DNA from: Corallochytrium limacisporum Hawaii
Lineage: Eukaryota > Protista > Pluriformea
Length of the DNA stretch: 64,000 nucleotides
Reading direction: 5' to 3'
Assembly (NCBI GenBank): GCA_002811645.1
Contig: PDIP01000022.1
Coordinates: 289,509 to 353,508 of the forward strand
The notes beneath the pieces are model-generated. The model did no database searches. It was not told the origin of the DNA and saw only the letters and a list, made by a program, of their open reading frames with translations. Shown here piece by piece: positions 21,585 through 32,830 of the stretch. Positions within the stretch are counted from its first letter, which is position 1. Each line of letters starts with the position of its first letter. The position numbers and the translations under genes were made by a program.

Positions 21585-24312
21585 TGTTGCTTATGTGTTG
21601 ATTACGCAACTTCACGAACTATTTGTACAACCTTTAACAAGACTAACATACAACATTTACATGAATCCCATGACTGTCCCCTTGAATACCTCGCATCTCA
21701 CTGAACTGCGTTCTTGTGAAACACTTGCGACTGTAGCGTGGAGCAAAGCGAGAACCACCCGAGAGAAAAAGAACGAGGACAGTCAATGTCTTATCTGTTT
21801 CCGATTTCTTTCTGCCGTCGACTTTTTCCCTCAGTGCCCTGAGTGGGGGCGTAAAAGCGGCGGGTGTGTAAGTGTTTACACTGCGTCCTTGGACCCACGG
21901 TGGCTAAATGCCTGTGTTTGTCTTTCTGTCAACGCGACCATTTTTTTCAATTTCTTTTCTTTTTCTCTGTCTGTTTGGGAGTGAGAGGTCCTCTCCATGC
22001 TCCATCACGTTCATCTCCTCCCTCGGCCCTGTTGGGCATTTACTGGGTGGTAGCTCCACCACGCACCGGGGTGCTGGTGCTGAGGGGACGGGATCGCAGG
22101 AGCAGTGCGTGTGTGGAAGAAAAAGCTTGGTGCAGTGGTGCGGTATTTGCATTGATGGAGAGTGTGGGTCGCGATTTCGTAGGCAGACTGTGTGAGAGCG
22201 AAGGGCGAGGGGCAGGGGCGGTGGAGGGTGAGACCCACTTTCGCGTACCGCCAAAAGCTTTTACACACAAACACGCAATCGTAGGGTTAGCGAAAAGGGA
22301 AGAGCAAAGAGAGGGGGGGGGGGATAGAGAAGGAGGGCTTTTGCGGGAGGAGCGCAGCAAACAAAAAAAGAAAAAAAAAACAAAGAAAAGAAAGGAAACC
22401 AAACAGACCCCAGGGATATTTGTCCCCCCTCCCCCCCCTCTTGCTCCACGGTGTGACGAGAACACTTTTGCCCAAAGGGAAAACACAGGGACCACCAACG
22501 GGAACCAAGGGAGGGGAGAATAGGAGCGGGTCTCCAAAACACTTTCGCTTTGCCCCGTTAGTGCCGATAGTTTGGCGCGAGATCTAGCTGCTGTCGCGTG
22601 GGCCACAGAAAAAGGGGAGGGGTCAGGGGCAGGCCATGTTTTGATACGGACGGACGGATTCGTCCAGCTCGGAAGGAGTGGCGAAATTAGGGGTACCAAA
22701 TTGTAAGCGAAGCGATATTCCCTTACTGACTGTACTAGAGAAACAAATGGCGGGTCTCACGGGAAACAGAGAGCAAAAGGGGGGGAGCTGAGACAGCCAG
22801 AGGCTGTCCACCAACCTTTCGGCAGCAAGGCGAGTTTTTGCCGCACACCGTACGCCTCGTTAGTTTTTTGATTATCGGCGCAGGTCTCCACGGGTCGGTA
22901 CTTACTGCACTGGGTGATACTCGCCGCGGGTGAACACGAAGGAAGGAAAAACTAAGGACGGCGAAAAAAAAAACTCTCAGCTGGCTGAAGGACACGAATC
23001 ATCCATGCTCCTATATACTCCCACCACAGCCAGCCCTTGGACCCAGCATAAGGTGCCGCACACGAACACTTGCGTCTGAACAGGTGAACACACACACGCA
23101 GCAAGGCAAAGATCGTAAAACATTTACCCAGTGCTCTCCCCTCCTCCCGACTCCCCCCCCCCTTGGCTGTTGACATTACGGTGTGGTGGGAGACTGAAAC
23201 CGACGGGCGAAAAAAAAAAATAGGTGCAGTCAGATTTGCCCACAGAGCTGGCATGATGTGATTTGGGACATCACAACCGTTTGGGGCCAGCGGGAGGAGA
23301 GTCTAGCACCCCGGAGCTTGTAATTGTTTTGTGGATCGGCCCGTGCCAGTGGTGCTACACAATTGTGTTTGTATCTTACCTATGTAAGTGCGCGTCGTCA
23401 CAAGGCAGGAAAGAGTCCCATTCCCATCGGGGTCCTCATCTGTACAAACATCCAACCACATCTAAGCGATACTTTGTCGTGCTGCCATGAATGGAAGGTG
23501 GCTGTCGATGATCAACCATTTAGGCACTTTCAAAGACGGACAAGATCTGGATTCGAGCTGTGTACGGACTTATACACAAGGTACACCAATTCAACTGAAT
23601 GACTGCATACCTTCACCCAGCCATCTGCTTCCTTTCGATCGATGGCTGTCAGGGTCCGAGTCTACTTCGCTGCAATAGTTTCTCGCATATTCGCGCCACT
23701 GGCGTGGAGACGGGCATGGAATATGCGTCATGGATTCTCCAAATATGCAAAAGTATGCGCACAGCCCTGTACCCGAACGACAAATGCACGGTCAACTGGC
23801 AGGCAGACATGAAAACCTGACGCACAAGTCCGAATGGAGGCGCATGTTTCAGACATCTACTCGAGCACAATCGGACACGACACTCCCTGGTAAGAATCTG
23901 CATGTGAATGATGTCCGTCAGTCCCCGTGTCTTTTGTTCTGCACCGAATATGCAAAGGGCGAACCGCAGGCCCCAATTAATGTTAGCAATGACTAACGCC
24001 AGGCATCCGGAGGGCTGCCCCCTTCGAGTATCTAATATAGCCCACAAGAACCTACCTACCTTTCGTCACCACCGCTGTCTGCCGAGTTTTCGATCGAAGC
24101 AAAAATTACAATTTTCCCATGGGGAATCAAGCCCTTTACAATACCGTGGTACAAATGATAGTATATTACATATTGAACTTCGCATTATTTCACGAAACGG
24201 GCCTATCAGACCATCGTCATCGACGAAGATGAGGCTCGTGAGAACGCGGATCAATTTGACACTTTTTGAGTCTAACAGAGATAACGGACAGTCCAGAGGG
24301 AGGGGGAGGGGG

Positions 24313-24487
24313 NNNNNNNNNNNNNNNNNNNNNNNNNNNNNNNNNNNNNNNNNNNNNNNNNNNNNNNNNNNNNNNNNNNNNNNNNNNNNNNNNNNNNNNN
24401 NNNNNNNNNNNNNNNNNNNNNNNNNNNNNNNNNNNNNNNNNNNNNNNNNNNNNNNNNNNNNNNNNNNNNNNNNNNNNNNNNNNNNNN
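24313..24487. other. Assembly gap (N run) flanked by G homopolymers
   Basis: Ns in the sequence. Confidence 0.99.
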
Positions 24488-25511
24488 GGGGGGGGGGGGG
24501 GCTGCCATAACAAGAGAACGTGCACCCTGGGGCAACACGATTAAAATTGGAAGAGGACCGAGGATACGGAGGGCAAAGCTGAGTAGAATTTTCGACACAT
24601 CGTCAATTTCAACGGAAAACTGAGGGGCCACCGCAACAGCACAGTCGCACGCAGCAGAGAAAATACTATACGTTCTCTTCTTCTCCCCCTCCCTCCCTGC
24701 CCCCCTTCCATCCCCCCTTCCCCCACCATCAAACGCACCGGGCAGACCGGAGGAGCCATGCGATTGAAGGGAAGGCTTTCGTGCTGGTTGGAGAGGATAG
24801 CTGTAGAGGATCCGCGTGTGTGACTGTGCGCACTGGGCGTGCTCCGACATCATTAACAAAGCCGACACACTCGTACAACACACTGCGACAAAATTGATGG
24901 GGAAAGAATAGAGTTATTCAGCTGCGCGGTGGGTTTGAGGTATGCTCTTTGATGGGCGACATCCAAGTGCAATGACACTGCTTACCTACTTACCCGACCC
25001 TTTGGAGCGGAGAGACAGTTGTAGATTGCGAGCATGCCTTCATACGAAGTAAGAGTCATCATCTCAGGAACACCAGAAGCGAGACTTGAAAATTGCAAAG
25101 CACGATCATCAACAATTGCGGACAAACCTTTTCAATTTGCAAAGACGATGGCGATGTTTTAGATGGAGTAAAGACGGCGCAGCCACCAACCCTTGAACCA
25201 CACAGGGAGCGGGTATATATGCCAGTCACAAACAAGATTTGTCCTGTTCAACATATACTATTTGCGAGGGACAGGCTTGTCTTACAGGTGGTGCCTCATA
25301 TCCTGCTCTCTGAGGCCCAAGTCCCTAACCGGCGTATGCTTTCAGGCAGTGTACATATCTCCGATACCATCAAAGTTGTCCTGAGGATTTTCTCCGCGAT
25401 TCTTTTGGTATGCAGTTGTGGTAGATTTGGCGACTATAAACAAATAACATGTGGGTCTTCGGACTCAAAGTGGTAACTGTGGTAGCGAATCAAGATGCTT
25501 CATGATGGCCG

Positions 25512-26787
25512 ATGAATAAGGATGTGGAGATCCAATCATGGGCGGTAAGTGCTCTCTTTTCAGGTACTGTGGTCACAGTAAACAACAAAGATATGCGATT
25601 CAGTTAAGCGCCCGAATTCGCGTCGAGCGACAGCCTTGAAGGACGCGCTGAGTTGTAACACCGGGCCACCAGATTCTTACCACGCTCTTTGTGATGGGAG
25701 CAACCACTCTAGTCAACTGTGGAGTCCGAGAGCAACGCAATCACCAGAGAAGACTTAGGCTCTGGCAGTCAGAGTCTCTTAAGGTGTACCAAATGCCGCA
25801 GTCTGATTACCACTCATGCAATAGAACGCATACGAACGAGACACACGGTGGTACCTTGTACACAGGAGTAGGCTCGTCAAAGTCGGAACGCGGGAACCAT
25901 TATGTAGATTGGATGCCGAATGACCGTCACTTGCTCCGCTCCTAAATCATTGACAATGACAACAGCTACGAATTCGGCCAGCTGTGGCCTCCATACACAC
26001 CATGTCGGCACACACTTGAGCCTGTGAGTGTTGGTTTCGTTTTCCCTTTTGGATGGGATTTGTTCACGCACTTCCAGCTTGATCGGTACAGGTACGAATT
26101 CTTGGTTGTAGTGGCTATGAGCGTTGGCCTTGGACGTGCACAGAGTGAGACGAACAAAACAAAACTGCTTTGGCGGGCCCTAAGGGCTGACCCAATTGGC
26201 GCAGCCATCCCCAGCAACACCCATCTCGGGCTGACGACAGAGTCGTGGAGAGCTGAACTACACTGAACGAAGAACCCATCGGCTGGTGGGGGAAAATAAT
26301 AGCTGATGTCCTATTTATCCCTATTGCATCCCACACCAAGGGCAACACTGAATATACTCATCCTAGGCATCAGTGAAAATTTTGCCACAGAGCGGAACGG
26401 CAAGGAAACTGGATGGTACGTCAGAGTTAGGTACGGGGCGACGGACACACGGAGATTGGCTCGCCCCGCACCGGCCAGGTACACTCAGCGACGGAGCTGC
26501 GCATTGGCGAGGAGTCGCCGTTTGAAATCGTTCCGTCCGACGGTCTTCTTCACGGCGACTGGACCCTTCCATCGGGCGCGGCCAGCTCTCGCGCCACCAT
26601 CGCCACGAGTCTGGCGGACTTCCGACCCCAGTTTGACGATGGCCATGTGACGGACTACGTCGATATTGTAGGGCTGGGCATGTCTGTGCCCTTTCGGCTT
26701 TCTGGTCGGGGAACTTACGATGAGAAGCACAGAGGCCATTCCGATGCTTTAAAAATAAAAGATCATGAGCAAGTTTATAAGACGTGA
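25512..26787 (+). pseudogene. Degenerate DLEC1/CFAP81-like (ASH/Hydin Ig-like domain) flagellar central-apparatus gene remnant
   Basis: Stop-free frame 26431-26787 reads ..SPFEIVPSDGLLHGDW..ADFRPQF..VGLGMSVPFRLSGRGTYDEKH.., resembling the DLEC1 C-terminus as recalled (FRVSPNSGLL..VFF..LRLRGQGSYDERY). Upstream frames carry further ASH-like pieces (YEFGQLWPPYTPCRHTL..FPFGW; IIADVLFIP) interrupted by stops (25943, 26264, 26374, 26428) and frame changes. The 5' boundary is approximate. Confidence 0.55.
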
Positions 26788-26965
26788 GCAATGGACCTAG
26801 TGACACTGATAGACCAATACGGTGGTGTTTCGTAAGACAATTTACAATTCTATATCAAAACATGTGAGATGCTCAAATCACAGGGTAATACACACGAGGC
26901 TTTGTGATTTGCGTGGGGCAAACAGAAACAAAGAAATCGTTGGACCTGCAACGCGTTCAGAAAGT

Positions 26966-29900
26966 TTACAATGTGATTGGTTCACCGTCGGGACCGTCAA
27001 TGGTTGCACCGGCGGCAAGAGCAATGAACAGCGCACCGACCGCGACACCTAGGACCACAACAAGCACACCGACGGCACGCAGGCGTGCCAGCACACCTGT
27101 ATCAACCGGCTTGGTGGGTCCTATGGCAAACAAGAAGTGCGTGTACACCAAGAGACTTACTACCATGCTCACCGCAATGGACAGCATAACAATGTTGCCG
27201 ACTTGCTGGATGATCACGAGCTCGGCTGCCACTAAGGTAGCTAGCGAAACGACGGTGGTAATGGCACTGCCAATAATGGAGGAACCGATGTGACCAAGTG
27301 TGGACTGCATCAGTTGCACACGACCCTCATGGTCACTCCATGGCACACCCCCGACCGTGTTGAGCGCGTCAATGTACGCCACAGATATGTGAATCAGGTA
27401 GTCCACACTCAGACCCAGCAACAGGGACATGGCCACCGCCTCGACAACGCCCAGTTCCCAACCAGCGAGGTACAGAATGCCCATGACCAAGGGAATATTG
27501 GCGCACATGCAGATGCCGGCCAAGACTGCAATGTGGAGAGAAGCTGTGAAAAGATACAGTGAGCTAGCGCTGATAATCCAGGCCAGTGCAAGAGCCCATC
27601 CGAGGCCAGCGACGGCGCCGTGTTCCGTGGCTGCGTCGATCCAATCTTCAGTTAAAGCTGATGCGAGGGAGTCCTCTGGCAGGGTGTTCTCGCGCAGCGT
27701 CTCAGTCCAAATCTTGTAGGTATCGTAAATCTCCGATGAGGGGTCAGCACTGCTCTGCTGGGTGAAGTAAGTGTTGCGAACCCAAACGATGCGGGCATCA
27801 TCTAGCGCATCCTGGCGTGTCTGCTGGTCCAGGGAACCCACCTCATCGGGCTCATCGGCGGTGTCTGGGTCGTCTCCAGGGGCGTTCAGGATTGCGCCCA
27901 CGTTGGCCCCCGGCAGCCAACCGACAGATACACGGTACTCGGTCACTTCGTTGGTAAAGTCGAAGACCATGCGGTTCACTTGTTGACGAGTGTAGGTGCT
28001 AGGATCGAGGGGCAAGCTCAAGTTTTGTGTTTCTTGGAGCCAAGTCTGGAATGCACCCATCATGCAGCGGGTAGCATCGGTGCGGTTCTGGACCAGTCCT
28101 TCGTAAGAGCTTGGGTCGTCACAGGCGTCGACCAGCTGCTGCTGCGTCTCGGCGCTGTAGAAGTCAAAGTTTTCGTTCAATTCTGGTGTGTAGCTATTGC
28201 GGTTGATCTGCCCACGATCGACTAGTAGGACTGAGCCCTCTACGCCCCACATGAGGTCGACAATTATGTTGTCCAGATTTAGACGGGCCGCTTCAGTGCA
28301 GGCCTCTGTGTCACTGGGGTCTCGACAGAGCCCGCACTCGTTGAAGCGCAGCGGAGAACCTGCCACGCTGTCACAGCCAACGCATGTGCTATCGTCATTG
28401 GAATCTGCGCACGCAGTTACTGTTACTGGTGCCGAAGCGCTGAACATCGAATCGGCCTCCCCATTGCACGCTATCGTGCTCAGTTCGGATTTGGCGCCGA
28501 GACATGTCTCCAAAGAACGGTTATAGAGCACAAAGACCCGCAAGGTACCCTCCACGACTTCGGTGGGATCTACACCGCTTGCAAAAGTGGGATATGGCAC
28601 CACAAGGCCGGACCCAAAGGTGGCTTGACCATTGATCACAGCAGCGACATCGTTCGGATTCGATGTGATTGACGCTAAGGGACCCAGGCAAACTGCGACG
28701 CCGGCACAACCCTGCACCTCAGTGTCAATGTTGCCAGAGGCTGCATCACGGAACTCTAACTGTATGGGCTCCGCGCTGGGAAGGGTGTAGACGAAACTGA
28801 TGGTCTGAGGAACCACTTCGACTGTGCCGTCGAAATCAGGTATCAGATCGCTGGGGTCAATCCCTGTCTCCGACGGGTCAGCGGGGGTCGTCGGAGTATT
28901 TGGTTCCTCAGTGGTCGTTGGGCCCGCAGGGTCAGTCGGATTCTCTGGGTCAGTCGGATTCTCTGGGTCAGGAATGCCAATTACAGGATCATCTCCGGCA
29001 TCACAGGTGGATCCATCACCACCGCAGACACCACAAGCATCGCGGGTACGTCCGCTGCCAGGAATGCCGTCGCATCCGACCGGTTCTACCTCATCGACCG
29101 AGCAGTCTCTGCAGGCCTCGTTAGGGGAGCCGTATACACTGACAAAAGTAATCGCACGCTGATAGTTAGTGTCTTCCTCAAGGAACTGGGGCAGCTCGTC
29201 GGAGGTCGGGAAGATGGCGCTAAGATATATGGCAATGGCAACAAAGATCGCAAAGATGACGCTTACAGCAATGCTGCACTTCTTGCTGCGAAAGTAGAAG
29301 GGGACAAACTTATTGGCGAAAAAGCGATCCAGATGGTTGCTGCCACGTTCACCACCAGCCACAGTGCTGTCGTGTGGAGGAGATGCACCCATCTTCTTCG
29401 CTCCTTTGCCAGACTTGCGGCCATTGTAGCCTCCTATTGTTGGCGTCGATGAGCGGAGAAGAGTAAAGACTTGCGAGTCCTGCCGGCTTTTCGGGTTCTC
29501 AAAGGCCGAATCTACGCCAGTCGGGGTCACAGAAGCGGCGGATTCCCGTACAGCGAAGATGCCAACGTCGGACGCACGTCCTATCTCAGGCAGCTCACTG
29601 ATTTCGGATTGGCGACTGTCGCTGCTACTGGTATCCGACTTTTTGCTGCTGCTGCTTCCGCAACCGCTGCAATTTGACGTCATCTTATTCCACAAGCGCT
29701 GTGCAAACAGTTCCTGCAGCACAATTACTGCAGGCCACATGGTAATAACCATCACGAAGGTAACCATAACCTGTGTCGCCACAAAGATGCCAAACTGTTG
29801 CACGGCCGGAACTGGTGAGGCAGCGTTCACTACCATGGCTGCAGCAGTGGTGAAAGACGTTACCAGTACTGCCCAACCACTGCGGCGCAAAGTGCCTCCT

Positions 29901-31366
29901 AAGCGGTAGGCCAAGCGGGCCTTTCGCTCGGAGCCGAAGAGTTTCTTCTCCTTGGCGGGATTCTTGACGATAATCAGTTCCTCCGCGGTCTGGTTGAAAG
30001 TGAAAGCCATGACCAAGAGATCATCCACAGCAATACCCAAAGTGATAAACAAACCCAGGACATTGATGCCGATGAAATCAGAAAAACCGAAGACACCAAC
30101 AAAGAAGAACATGGTTACAGGAATGGAAATCAGGATAATGGCCACACCTGTTACGGCCAGGAAGAGCGACCGCAGAGCAACAATTAAGATAATACCAACA
30201 ATACCTGCTGCCACAAGAGAAAGATATGCGTCGTGGATAATGGCCGATTCGAGGTCATCTTCCGTGAACGTCTGGTCGTACCAGAAGGAAATAAAGTCAT
30301 CGTTCTCTGCCATTTCTCGCAACATGGGTGACAGAGTATCGTCAACGAACGCACGTGCCATGCTGCGCTGCGTTTCACGCCGGTCCAGGCAGTCGGTAAA
30401 GCCCTGGAACGGACAACCGATTTGGAGGGCACTGATGAGGTAGTTAGTGGCCGGTTCGGCCGGGCTGGCAGTGGCATTGACGATTTGCAGAACCTCAGGG
30501 ACGGTCGACAGGCTAGTGAACTGGCGAGTGACATCGTTCACAATGTTGCCATCGTAGCTGTAGGCACCACTGGTATCTGTGTAGAAGAAGGGAACCAGAC
30601 TAGTAAGTTCCTGGCATGCATTGTTGCCACCGCGTGGCCGACGACATACAGCTTGATAGCCCTCAGAGTCTATGATTGCTGTTTCGGCATCGCGCAACGT
30701 ATTCAGCAGCTCCGGCTCAATAATCGTACGGTTCCGGTCTCGCATCTCGTAAATGATCTGGAGCGTGAAGAACCGGTCCAACATTGTGTCATTCACAGGC
30801 GAGCCGTCGAACTGTCTCCGCTGAACCCCTATTGATTCATCGTTGTAGAGACTTCTCATAATTGTCCAGTTACCACCTGCGGTCTGGTCCACGGCCTGCA
30901 GGGTCTCGTAGTTATTATATGCTGTGGTATCCGTGGCTCGGAATTGCTCCTCATCTACGTCAATGTTGAAAGTGAACATGGTCAGCAACATCGCAATCAA
31001 GCCGCCCGCGATGCCCAAGCATATGAGCAAGTGTGTGAGCGGATACCGAACAACCCAGTCGGTAAACATATTCCGCTTGTTTAGTTTCTTTCCACACTGT
31101 GCCTCTGTCACACTGGGAGAAGAACTACGTCCATTCTCTATGTTGTCAGCCGACTCTGTAATGCTGGATCTTGTGCTCCCGTCCTCGACCAGCGGTGAGG
31201 ATGACATACGAAGATCTTCAGGTACTGAAGCGTACATCCGAGTATTGCTACGTCTTGGCTCCGCTACAGACGACGACATGTACCCATAGGCGTGCGCACT
31301 ACTCCCTCCGATGCTCTCCTGACGGAAAGTCCGGTCATTCTGGATGTCACTTTGGTGGTAAGCCAT
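26966..31366 (-). CDS. Dispatched-like (Patched/RND sterol-sensing domain) 12-TM protein
   Basis: 1+5+1+5 TM layout with two large luminal loops. RND motifs GIAVDD (TM4) and GLSVDY (TM10), TSFTTAAA, SAITT. First ATG at 31366. Confidence 0.92.
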   Translation of the reverse strand: MAYHQSDIQNDRTFRQESIGGSSAHAYGYMSSSVAEPRRSNTRMYASVPEDLRMSSSPLVEDGSTRSSITESADNIENGRSSSPSVTEAQCGKKLNKRNMFTDWVVRYPLTHLLICLGIAGGLIAMLLTMFTFNIDVDEEQFRATDTTAYNNYETLQAVDQTAGGNWTIMRSLYNDESIGVQRRQFDGSPVNDTMLDRFFTLQIIYEMRDRNRTIIEPELLNTLRDAETAIIDSEGYQAVCRRPRGGNNACQELTSLVPFFYTDTSGAYSYDGNIVNDVTRQFTSLSTVPEVLQIVNATASPAEPATNYLISALQIGCPFQGFTDCLDRRETQRSMARAFVDDTLSPMLREMAENDDFISFWYDQTFTEDDLESAIIHDAYLSLVAAGIVGIILIVALRSLFLAVTGVAIILISIPVTMFFFVGVFGFSDFIGINVLGLFITLGIAVDDLLVMAFTFNQTAEELIIVKNPAKEKKLFGSERKARLAYRLGGTLRRSGWAVLVTSFTTAAAMVVNAASPVPAVQQFGIFVATQVMVTFVMVITMWPAVIVLQELFAQRLWNKMTSNCSGCGSSSSKKSDTSSSDSRQSEISELPEIGRASDVGIFAVRESAASVTPTGVDSAFENPKSRQDSQVFTLLRSSTPTIGGYNGRKSGKGAKKMGASPPHDSTVAGGERGSNHLDRFFANKFVPFYFRSKKCSIAVSVIFAIFVAIAIYLSAIFPTSDELPQFLEEDTNYQRAITFVSVYGSPNEACRDCSVDEVEPVGCDGIPGSGRTRDACGVCGGDGSTCDAGDDPVIGIPDPENPTDPENPTDPAGPTTTEEPNTPTTPADPSETGIDPSDLIPDFDGTVEVVPQTISFVYTLPSAEPIQLEFRDAASGNIDTEVQGCAGVAVCLGPLASITSNPNDVAAVINGQATFGSGLVVPYPTFASGVDPTEVVEGTLRVFVLYNRSLETCLGAKSELSTIACNGEADSMFSASAPVTVTACADSNDDSTCVGCDSVAGSPLRFNECGLCRDPSDTEACTEAARLNLDNIIVDLMWGVEGSVLLVDRGQINRNSYTPELNENFDFYSAETQQQLVDACDDPSSYEGLVQNRTDATRCMMGAFQTWLQETQNLSLPLDPSTYTRQQVNRMVFDFTNEVTEYRVSVGWLPGANVGAILNAPGDDPDTADEPDEVGSLDQQTRQDALDDARIVWVRNTYFTQQSSADPSSEIYDTYKIWTETLRENTLPEDSLASALTEDWIDAATEHGAVAGLGWALALAWIISASSLYLFTASLHIAVLAGICMCANIPLVMGILYLAGWELGVVEAVAMSLLLGLSVDYLIHISVAYIDALNTVGGVPWSDHEGRVQLMQSTLGHIGSSIIGSAITTVVSLATLVAAELVIIQQVGNIVMLSIAVSMVVSLLVYTHFLFAIGPTKPVDTGVLARLRAVGVLVVVLGVAVGALFIALAAGATIDGPDGEPITL
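28930..28970 (-). repeat. 18-bp coding tandem repeat (DPENPT x2) in a Pro/Thr linker
   Basis: gggtcagtcggattctct occurs twice on the + strand, followed by gggtca. Confidence 0.85.
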
Positions 31367-32611
31367 ACTAGCAGTGTCCCACCGGTAGATCAAATTCTTA
31401 TGCAACGGGACGCTACACGAAGATTGGGACACGAGCCAAACGTTTAAAACCGGTATGTACGTGTGTTGCCCCAAAAGTTTCTAAGTCCTATACTGATTCT
31501 ATACTGCTAGACATTGGCGTACAATTCGACCAACTTGCCCGCAAATGGCCTGTGGAATAGATCAGGAAAGTAGGGCTTCGAAGGTCGTGATCACTGGTCT
31601 CCTGAATACCAGCCCGAGTGATCGAATCTGGACTGTTACCCTCATGACAGCTATATGATATAACCCAAATTCCGTTCGTAGTTTTGCGTTCATGTTTCTT
31701 TCGAAACCAAAGGACTCGTTGCTATCGCACCGTACAAGGACGTTCGACCTCTTTGTATTTGGGAAGCACAATGCGATCCAAAAGGGAACCCAACCAACTC
31801 TCTCCTGCCCAATAGCCACAAGCGCAAAACGGGAGCACCGGTGCTTCCCCACCCCAACCAACCGTTTCGTTCAGTCTCTGTTCCACTGCCTGAGTTCTTT
31901 GCATTGAATTTATATGGATTTGCCAACATACGTTTCGCGCAGGTCTCGTTGGCAGGAGTACCCGGGTGCCTCAGCACAGCGCGATCGCAAGCCCAAAGCC
32001 CCCCCCCCTGCGCTTCTTTCCTCGGGCGCACGGAAGACTCGGCGAGTCCACAAAAAAAAAGGGCTGAGCGAGAGAGGGGGTATTCCTTCAGCGTATCTTG
32101 TTGACGTAGAAACTATTCTTGCCATATTAAATGTACGTAATAATGATATGAGTTTGTGTCCTGCAGGTCTCTGAACCTCGGTTTCCATTGGCTTTTGGCT
32201 CGCTGCTTGCTGCTCGGGAAAATTAAAGTCTGCTCTCGGACACCAGTGATCCAGCGCACGACACAAATTAAGAGTAGAGGGTTCGTCATCCAAAAATTGC
32301 CCTCCGGAGGAATCCTTCCACATGCCACAGAGTTCCATAGTGAAACATAGGGCTTGCGTTTCGCTCTGGTGTCAAAAATGCACCCACCGGCCATCCGAGA
32401 GCGGGGGGGGGAAGGGGTTCTGATCGAAAAGGGATAAAAAGCGGAGAACGAGAGAGAGGGCCGAGGGGGGGGGGAAGAACGCTTTGTCTCGGAGCCCAAG
32501 GGAGTCTCTCTCCCTCTCTGTGTGTGTGTGTCTCTCTCTCTTTGTCTCTCTGTGTCTCTCTCTCTTGCGCGCGCTCGCAGTACAGATACTACCACGACCA
32601 TGCCCCCCCCC

Positions 32612-32830
32612 NNNNNNNNNNNNNNNNNNNNNNNNNNNNNNNNNNNNNNNNNNNNNNNNNNNNNNNNNNNNNNNNNNNNNNNNNNNNNNNNNNNNNNNNN
32701 NNNNNNNNNNNNNNNNNNNNNNNNNNNNNNNNNNNNNNNNNNNNNNNNNNNNNNNNNNNNNNNNNNNNNNNNNNNNNNNNNNNNNNNNNNNNNNNNNNNN
32801 NNNNNNNNNNNNNNNNNNNNNNNNNNNNNN
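32612..32830. other. Assembly gap between a C homopolymer and a (CA)n run
   Basis: Ns in the sequence. Confidence 0.99.

Noticed and set aside
21864-23254. ORFs of 100-220 aa in low-complexity spacers (also 17153-18578, 33342-34783, 36847-38081, 41695-42252, 53037-53549, 62185-63977)
   Set aside because: Poly-G/P/K/F translations of homopolymer and microsatellite DNA that is depleted of stop codons.
25712-25871. Frame reading LLRCTKCRSLI (possible zinc ribbon, UBE3D-like)
   Set aside because: Isolated CxxC in a short stop-bounded frame; the overlapping frame 2 fits the DLEC1-like interpretation better.
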